Shown here: piece by piece, positions 53,968 to 64,000 of the stretch
Layout of the letters: every line of letters starts with the position of its first letter
Position numbering within the stretch: the first letter of the stretch is position 1
Assembly: GCA_951406725.2 (NCBI GenBank)
Contig: OX597826.1
Location: forward strand, 60,822,001 to 60,886,000
Length of the DNA: 64,000 nucleotides
From: Octopus vulgaris
Taxonomy: Eukaryota
Reading direction: 5' to 3'
The notes under the pieces: generated by a model
Seen by the model: the letters and a program-made list of their open reading frames with translations, nothing else
Told to the model about the DNA's origin: nothing
Databases searched by the model: none
Position numbers and translations under genes: made by a program

Positions 53968-54900
53968 CAGAGTAAATAATAATCAAAAGATTTCCATTTT
54001 CTGATATGTGTGTGTGTATGAATTAAAGTTGAATTGAAATTAGGTGTTCTACTGTAAGCATTATGTTCTACTAAAGGAGCCTTGGAAAGAAATCTTTAAA
54101 TAAATCTTTAAATAAAGATATCGCAATTGGTAAGAAATCTTTAAATAAACTGAATAATGATATACATACATACATACACTCATACGTACATACATACATA
54201 TACTTCTTTCTTGATTCGCCAGCAACCGTGAATTATACAACTCATTGCAAATGCAGAGTAGTCTTTGATACATTATAATTGAAACTTTCCGATTTCCCGT
54301 ACTCAGAGTATCTCATTCCCTATCACCAGCTGTTAAACCGAATCTGGTTTTCTTTTGAATATCCACTGACTGAATATTTTTTTGAAGTATGAATTGAAAG
54401 CTTGAAGGAAGCGTTTATCAATATTTTCCTTCGTTTAAAATATTCTGTGAGTTAAAGAACTGAACGGTTAACGTTTTGTATGCATGCGACTAAGTAGCCT
54501 GTATCCAAATACAAGCCTTCGTGAACATCGTTCTGGTTTAGAAACAAATGCCTGTTTCCGAAAAGTTTAATTAATAGGTTTTATTATTATGTTGTAATAA
54601 GCGTGTTTGCGTGTCTATATGTGAATACATACAGGCGCATATGTATTCGTTTATTCTTTTATTCTTTTACTTGTTTTAGTCATTTGACTGCGGCCATGCT
54701 GGAGCACCGCCTTTAGTCTAACAAATCGACCTCAGGACATATTCTTTGTAAGCCTAGTACTTATTTTATCAGTCTCCTTTTCCGAACTGCTAAGTTACGG
54801 GGGTGTAAACATAGCAACAACGGTTGTCAAGCGATGTGGGGAGGGGGGACAAACACAGACACATATATACACACACATGCACATATATATATATTGATAT

Positions 54901-55202
54901 ATCACGTGATCACGTGACCGACCAGACCATCAGATGTTGTTACACATCGCTGGTCACAATGCATTCGCATTGTTTTAGCCTTTGAATGACGCCACCCCGC
55001 TGGCTAAGCGAGCAGGCCAACAGAAGAAAGAGTGGGAGAAAGAGTGGTGAAAGAGTACAGCAGAGATCACCACCCCCTGCCGGAGCGTCGTGGAGCTTTT
55101 AGGTGTTTTCGCTCAATAACACTCACAACGCCTGGTCTGGGAATCGAAACCGCGATCCTACGACGACGAGTCCGCTGCCCTAACCACTGGGCCATTGCGC
55201 CT
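54901..55202 (-). mobile_element. SINE family C, full length
   Basis: Minus head GGCGCAATGGCCCAGTGGTTAGGGC...GGTTTCGATTCC (A and B boxes); (CACGTGAT)2 tail. Confidence 0.88.
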
Positions 55203-55225
55203 GCATATATTCATATATATATATA

Positions 55226-55349
<124 letters not shown>

Positions 55350-55463
55350 TATAGATATATATAATATTAATTAGAGACAAAACCACTATTATGCAAATCA
55401 AACAAAGAAAGACTTAATCCAATACATAAAAAAATTTATATAAATTAAATAAAATTAAGTTAT

Positions 55464-55509
55464 CCACTACAATTGTTTCTTGTCACTTCTAAGGACATTC
55501 ATCAGGTGG
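55464..55509 (-). ncRNA. Minimal type I hammerhead motif
   Basis: CCAC-CTGATGA-A-TGTC-CTTAGAAGT-GACA-A-GAAAC-AATT-GTA-GTGG; A.A mismatch at the base of stem II; about 100 nt from (TA)n. Confidence 0.72.
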
Positions 55510-55769
55510 TTTTCTATTCAATTTTAAATTATGAAGTAAGTTTAAATGACTAACTGTTACAGCGTTTACGAAATTACGTTATCAACAGAAATAGAATATA
55601 TTTTTAATAAATTCTTTGCGCGTGATGAACCAACGTTATTTTAAAGATTATGAATGGAATAATATGTTAATCATCGTAAATAGACTGAATTTACTAAAAA
55701 ATTCTTTAATAATATATATATATACACATATAACCGATCTTAGGTTGTTAGGGCTCATGGAAGAATTAG

Positions 55770-55816
<47 letters not shown>

Positions 55817-56023
55817 GAAGGGCTTCTTTCAGTTTCCGTGTACCAGATCCACTCACAAGGCTTTGGTCGGCCCGAGGCTATCGTAAAAGAAACTTGCCCA
55901 AGGTGCCACGCAGTGGGACTGAAACCGGAACCATGTGGGTGAGAAGCAAGCTTCCTAACACGTAGCCACGCTTGCTGTATATGTATATGTGTGTGTGTGT
56001 ATGTATATATATATATATATGCG

Positions 56024-56055
<32 letters not shown>

Positions 56056-56059
56056 TGCG

Positions 56060-56145
<86 letters not shown>

Positions 56146-56659
56146 TACATATATGTATATAAATATATGTGTATGTGTATATATATGTGTGTGTGGACGA
56201 ATACATAATTCTGTGTATACTTGTTTCTGTGTGTACATGTATATATTCATGCATCTACACAGACACATGCAAAATGAATGAACAGCTGCATACATACCTA
56301 TTGTTTCTAAAAGATTAATTAAAAGCATTAATTAAATGTATTAATTAAAAGTATTACCTAAAAGTATCATTTTGGAATATTGCTTAAACAGCAAGGCAAT
56401 TTCATGACTTTCATTGTTTTAGAATTTATGACGTTTATAATAATATTACTACGAGAACCAGGGATGACTTCAAAAGCATGAGCTTGAAGCAGCCGTTTCA
56501 ACACGTGACGTTCACAAAAGTTCTTAAACGAAGGGTGATAATGATAAGCGTTTCCTTCAAACTTCCATTTATTATTCTAGAAATCATTCAGTCAGTGGAT
56601 ATTCGCATATGAACCAGGCTCGGTTTAGCAGCTGATGATCGGAAACCAGCAACTCAAAT

Positions 56660-56882
56660 GATGTTGCGGGGGACAAACACAGACACACAAACATATACAC
56701 ACACATATTTATATATACATATATACGACGGGCTTCTTTCAGTTTCCGTCTACCAAATCCACTCACAAGGCTTTGGTCGGCCCGAGACTATAGTTGAAGA
56801 CACTTGCCCACGGTGCCACGCAGTGGGACTGAATCCGGTGCCATGTGGTTCGTAAGCAACCTACTTACCACACAGCCACTCC
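56660..56882 (-). mobile_element. SINE family B, 5' half
   Basis: Matches the head of 63248-63684. Confidence 0.85.
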
Positions 56883-57490
56883 TATATGTGTGTGTGTGTG
56901 TATGTATGTATATACTATATGTGTGTGTATGTATGTATGTACTAGATATCAGAGTCTGTCTGTTATTATATCTAATATTCGGTTAAATACACATTCACAT
57001 AGATTTATGTTTAACACATTCGAATACACTTGGCTGTGAGAAGACCTTTCCCCGTAGAAATAGTCTCGAGAGAAAATACTCTTTTTAAGCGACATGCATG
57101 AAAATATTATTTATTGTAATAACAAGGAAGATTTGTTCACCATATTTTTCAGGTGTGACCGTGAGAATGACTTCACCACCTACGTTGTATGAAGTCTGAC
57201 AAAAAGGACGCCGATTCTACAGTTGAAATTCGCGTATAAATTGGTAAATTGCAATCTATAATTATGGTGGCGTTGAGATGGTTCTACATCTTACTTAGAG
57301 TAAGGAATACCCGTCTAGACAGGCCTGGAGAACTTACGTTTTAATCCACCTAGACTAGATATATGTTTTATTATTACACCTGCTACGCTAATTTAAATTG
57401 GAAAAGGAAGTTTTTGACTGATAAAAATTATTGCCTTTATAGATGAAATTTCTGTACATGTCGTCAAACATTCTAAGATGTCATACAATA

Positions 57491-57879
57491 TCAATATATA
57501 TAAAGCTGAAGTTGTCTGTGTGTGACAGGTTTGGTAGCCTTCAACAAACAGTATCTCCTCCGAGACCCTGCGGTGCAAGTTGACCAAAATTGAAAGTATG
57601 ATAGAAGAAGGCTTGCTCTTCCTTCCGTAGAAGAAAAAATTCAAATCGGACCATGTTAACACCAAAGATTATTTACATCAAAAATGTACTTTTTTCTATG
57701 AAAATCCCTATTTTTTAGTATTTTTTTGACTGCTGTGTCGCCATTTTTCGGTGTATTTCAACCAGAATAATGTTCACTTAAAGTGAATAACAAGCTACAT
57801 AATGCAAAATTTTACTTTTCAAAAATTCCAATTCTAAAAGGTCGAAACAAACCCGAGCAAAGCCGAGCGATACTGCTAG
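57491..57879 (+). mobile_element. Non-autonomous Helitron
   Basis: A|TCAATATATATAAAG start; degenerate CCCGAGCAAAGCCGAG hairpin; CTAG|T end. Confidence 0.75.
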
Positions 57880-58487
57880 TATGAAATAAAATTAGACAAA
57901 ATTGGCAGTTCATAACATCAATATTGTACTGTAATATGGATATATATTCACAGTCTTTTCTCAATATAATGGTTCCTCACGCTGATGGTTAGAAAGAGGA
58001 AGATCACACTAGTCATTATACGCAATTGTGGTAAGGCTTGGGTTATGGATGGTTAGCGTAACCAACAAGAGAATATTCAAACTGTGCATAACCACTTCAC
58101 CTCCAGAAACATTTCGCCGAACTCTGATCTATAGGAAATTACCAAACAAATTACCTTTTGACAAACTTTGTAAGAGAAATGGCGAATGTCAATGTGAATA
58201 AACTTTAAGAATGGCGAAGTCATATTCAGTACTTTATCTGCTGTATTCAATTGTCTGGTAACACATAGAAGAACGGTCTTAGTGTGCATAAAGAAGCCAC
58301 AGAAAATTTTGAAAATATTCACTGCAATATTTACTGATGGAATTCCCTCTTTACAACGTAAAATCTTTTGAAACAATTAATGACAATACGAGGCCCAATT
58401 ATAAATGTATTAAAACAATTTGCTACATGCTAAATTTTCTTAACATACACTTACTCGGCAAATATTCATTGGGACTGTCAACTAGTA

Positions 58488-58970
58488 CGAGGAGCTGCTG
58501 AAAAGTTCATAGGCTGACCGATATATTCTCGTAGAATGTGACTAAATGAGATTTATCTTTCAACCTTTGCGGTCATACGTTTCAGTGTTAGATCCTGTTG
58601 GTGAAGAATCTTTCATCCTGTTGGTAAAAAAAAATCCCAGCTGATATGACGTCATCATCACTGTGATACTGGTTCCCAGTCAAATATTTTTCGTATTAGG
58701 GATGGGGTTAAATGAAGAGAATAGGGAGTGTTATCAAACACTTGAAAGCCTCAGTCACGCACAACAGCCATTGAAACCAAAGACTTGTGTGCATTGTCAT
58801 ACTGAGTAAAAACTCTTTTGTCAGTATTCCTGGGATTTTGGTCTAGATGGCCTTTCGTAATTGCGTCCGTATGTTTGCCTAGTATTCTCCATTGAAGGTG
58901 TGACACTTTTGAAAACAGTCAATAAATACAATACCTTTTGCATCCCAAAAACTTGAGGCCATCACTTTCT
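58488..58970 (-). mobile_element. Mariner remnant related to 45470-46090
   Basis: TA|CGAGGAGCTGCTGAAAAGTTC TIR; AGTCAATAAATACAATACCTTTTGCATCC is the reverse complement of about 45603-45632. Confidence 0.78.
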
Positions 58971-60279
58971 ATGTCCTGGTATGTAAAATTTCCTCGTGTA
59001 AAGTAAAGCACCTACATACATTTGATAATTGGAATGTGCAAATGTGCTTTACGAGGACACAGTTCGGATTATAACACCTTTTATCCTCTATATGTTTAAC
59101 TATTTATCTTCGATGGCATCAAAGGGGCATGACATATACGACGCACCAGAGTTCAGCAGCGTATGTTCAAGAAAAATGTTTTTAATGCATTAAAGGACCC
59201 AGGATGATTTTGAGACACTTTGCCAGAGTGTACGTATTATATGCTATCAAAAATTTATAAAAATCAAGGTCTTCCAAAATAACAGATCAACTTCTGTCAC
59301 TTTCAGTCCCAAAATTAACTATTCCTTCCTTTCGTCGAAGTCATACGCTCATTAAACAATAAAAACAAATTTCAAAAAAGAATTTTGAACTTTTCCTTAG
59401 CTACCATCAGAAAATTGACCATAGTTCTGTTACGATTAAAGATGTTATTCACCAGACAGAATAATTGTTGCTACAGGCAAAATGAACGTTGTGACTTGAA
59501 ACGATGAAAGAAAATTCAAAAGCTTCGCCTCTCCTAACAAAAAGTTAAGTATATGAAGTCAGATATGCTTTTGTGATTAAAGAGGTTTGCTTCATAATAG
59601 ATTTTGAAGGCGACACCGCCAGGTAATACCGTGACCAAATGTCTTCTAATTAAGCCTTGTGTCAATTAAAGCTATGAGAGTAAAATCTAGTAGAGAGAAA
59701 CTGTTCGGAAACATATTATACTGAGCCAAAACTCAGTCAAATAAGAGTCTTCGAAAAGGACGCAATAGATACGTTAGTTCTATATACACTTAAATATCGG
59801 CAGGTTCACGGTTGGTGGGTATTTCTCCGTAGGTCTGTTAGATCAGGCTAAGTAACAAAAGACGTTAAGCATTATTTTTGTTATTGTAGAGGAATGCCAA
59901 TGCAAGCGACAATAAAAGAAATATTTTAGAAACTTCCTGAGAGCATATCGAGATGTAGCTATCGACATCTCACCATCTCAAACAAATCATATTAACAATA
60001 ATAATAATAACAACAACAACAACAATAATAATAATAATAACAATAATAATAATAATAATAACAACAACAACAACAATACTAATAATAATAATAATAATTG
60101 GTTGTAGAAATAATTCCTAAAAGTATACGACTGGAAAATGTCATCTTGAATGAATCCTGATTTTCTATTCTCTTACATTGGTCAACACACGTTTGAAAAA
60201 GATTAAATGAAAAGTTCCATGAAAATTGCCTACAGCTAAAGTGAAAATGTACACACACGAACGCGTCCTAAAGCACACG

Positions 60280-60373
<94 letters not shown>

Positions 60374-60659
60374 ATATGATAATATTGGTTCATGTGTGTG
60401 AGCGTGCGTGTGAGGAATATCATGTATTATGTGTTGGAAGCATTATATAAAAGCGATTGTAAGTATTTCACTAGTGAAGGTGCACACTCGTAAATATGTC
60501 AATATGAAGATATTCATGGGTTGACGAGCATATAACAGTATACTGCCATGTTTTACCAAAACTTTGAAACTTGCTAACTTCTTTAGGAGTGCCACTTTCC
60601 TAGACATCTTATGTAAGCTTTTATATCTAGTTTATACAATGTTACAATGTTTCACAGAT

Positions 60660-61590
<931 letters not shown>

Positions 61591-62327
61591 CACATAAGGG
61601 AATATACATTTAACGGTGTTAGGGGACCGCTGTTTAAAGCTATGTCAGCAGAAACGACGGATAACATTATCTATCGTGTCATTTTATGAAATTTTAGTGG
61701 TTTGAGAGAGATTTGGTTGCCATTTCTAGCACTTCAGGTAAGCATTTAGATGTCCTCTTGTCAAAGGGCTGAATCACTCAATCTCTGGAATGTTAGTGTC
61801 ATAGTCTATTTTTTCGTTTAACTTTTCTATTAATTGTTTCAGTAACTTGTCTGCGATCATGCTGGGTTACTGCCTGGAATGAGATTAGCTGAACAAATCG
61901 ATCCTATTAATGGTGCTATATATTCTAGCCATTCTTTTTCCGAACTGTATAATTAGTTGTACTGTGATAGTGGTGGGGCGACAAACACACACACACACAC
62001 ACACGCACACACATATGTATATAAAACTCTCTCTCGCAAGAATGCCCGGATATTCTTTAATTGTAAAAATAATTCCCGAGTATATAATGGTATAAAATGA
62101 TTGCTAAATATTTAGAATGCTTAAAGTTTAACTACTAAAGCATTTCTTGATATCATGGCGTATTTTTTGGTCGTTCATTCGATTAGTTTGCATTTTGGTA
62201 TCCTGCAAGCAAACAATATGCACACATATACACTATATATAAATACATATATATACATATATGTACATATGCGTATGTGTGTGCGCGCGCTCGTCTGCAG
62301 GCGTGTAAGTATGTATATATGTATATA

Positions 62328-63054
62328 TTGGGTCATCCCATACATAATGCAGTTTTTTTCAGTTGCATGAACTAAAAGTCGGAGGGCTACGAGATAAATT
62401 ACCTGCATCAACTTACTATAAAAGCAGGTAGTAATTTATTTTACCTTTGTATTTATTCTTAGTGCAAGTTTTGAAGAGTGGAGTTCGATTTTAACAGATG
62501 CTTTTTCTAAGTTATAATGGAAGAGACATATTCGAATTATTTTGCTTTATGAATTCAATGAAAGCAACAACACAACGGCAACAACACAGCACAAATGAAG
62601 GCAACAACACAAGTGCGAGGAATATTAATGCAGTAAATGGATCGAACAATAAGTGTAAGCCAGTATCAACGATGGTTCTACAGATTCCGATCAGGAAACT
62701 GCAGCCTTGAAGACGATCCTCGTCCTGGAATATCTGTAGAGCTGAGCTTGACGAGAACGTCCTGCAAATCCTGGTGGAACAAAATCTTGTAGCTATTGAA
62801 AAAACAAGCAGATAAACTTGGATTTTGTCATTCGACCATTCATCGACACCTACATGCCATCGGAAAAGTCAGCAAAGTGGGTCAATGTGTTCCTCAAAAA
62901 CTTCCCGAGTATAATCGCGCGCACAGAATGAATGTAGGCTATTCTTGCTGTCACATCTCACGAATTAACCTTGTTTTTTAATCTTAATCTGTTTATCTTA
63001 ATTTTGAAAACTAAAAGAAGTATAAAAATCCACATTAATTATGGGATGACCCAA
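62328..63054 (+). mobile_element. Internally deleted mariner with both TIRs
   Basis: TIRs TTGGGTCATCCCATA and TATGGGATGACCCAA, TA on both sides; remnants HIRIILLYEF, LEDDPRPG and STIHRHLHAIGKVSKVGQCVPQKL. Confidence 0.92.
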
Positions 63055-63078
63055 TATATATACACACATATACATACA

Positions 63079-63112
<34 letters not shown>

Positions 63113-63114
63113 CA

Positions 63115-63146
<32 letters not shown>

Positions 63147-63184
63147 CGTACGCATGTTTGTATACGTACATATATATATGTATG

Positions 63185-63247
<63 letters not shown>

Positions 63248-63250
<3 letters not shown>

Positions 63251-63419
63251 CGCAGGAGTGGCTGTGTGGTATGTAGCTTGTTTACCAACCTCATGGTTCC
63301 GGGTTCAGTCCCACTGCGTGGCACCTTGGGCAAGTGTCTTCTACTATAGCCTCGGGCCGACCAAAGCCTTGTGAGTGGATTTTGTAGACGGGAACTGAAA
63401 GAAGCCCGTCGTATATATG

Positions 63420-63458
<39 letters not shown>

Positions 63459-63684
63459 TTGTGTGTCTGTGTTTGTCACCCTAGCATTGCTTGACAACCG
63501 ATGCTGGTGTGTTTATGTCCCTGTTACTTAGCGGTTCGGCAAAAGAGACCGATAGAATGAGTACTGGGCTTACAAAAGAATAAGTCGCGGGGTCGAGTTG
63601 CTCGATTGAAGGCGGTGCTCCAGCATGGCCGCAGTCAAATGACTGAAACAAGTAAAAGAGTAAAAGAGTAAAAGAGCAAAAGAG
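63248..63684 (+). mobile_element. SINE family B, best-preserved full copy
   Basis: tRNA-like head, CORE-like GGCACCTTGGGCAAGTG, internal (TA)(TG) tract and (GTAAAAGA)n tail. Confidence 0.92.
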
Positions 63685-64000
63685 TATATATATATGACGG
63701 ACATCCACCTGTCTTCTACCATATTTACTCACAAGGGATAGGTCGGCCTGCGGCTAGAGTAGAGTACGCTTGCTCATTCTTCTGCTCAGTGAGACTGAGC
63801 CTGAAATCACATGATATCTTATTGATCGTTTTAGCCACAACCATTCATGCATTAATATATTCCTGTTATTAGAATATATTTTCTGTCTTCTTTCCAGTAT
63901 ACAGCGTTTCACTTGGCTTTTACTGGCTGTTAAACCACACGACGATTAACAGGAGATAGTTTTATAACAGTGTTGACTTGCATTTGACCAAGTGAGAGAC

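Noticed and set aside
57145-57305. Possible exon after TTTTCAG acceptor
   Set aside because: All three frames hit stops within about 50 nt.
57990-59600. Possible hAT transposase remnant (ALRGH near 59045)
   Set aside because: One short motif with no supporting frame or termini.

Overview
AT-rich eukaryotic non-coding DNA that is mostly repeats. The SINE families and the high microsatellite load resemble an octopus or other cephalopod genome (inference, not verified). I found no intact host gene or convincing exon; nearly all listed ORFs are read-throughs of microsatellites. Recognisable content: three or more tRNA-derived SINE families, several Tc1/mariner remnants, hAT-type MITEs, Helitron remnants, and 5'-truncated LINE ends (Tx1/L1, R4/Dong, RTE). 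Main signal: unrelated short elements next to (TA)n tracts that carry type I hammerhead ribozyme motifs, often as fold-back inverted repeats. One also carries a Penelope-type GIY-YIG C-terminus, and two show non-canonical core variants. Second signal: a SINE shares its 3' tail with a Tx1 LINE in the window and appears to insert at GGTAT. All structures were read by eye; nothing was folded or searched computationally.
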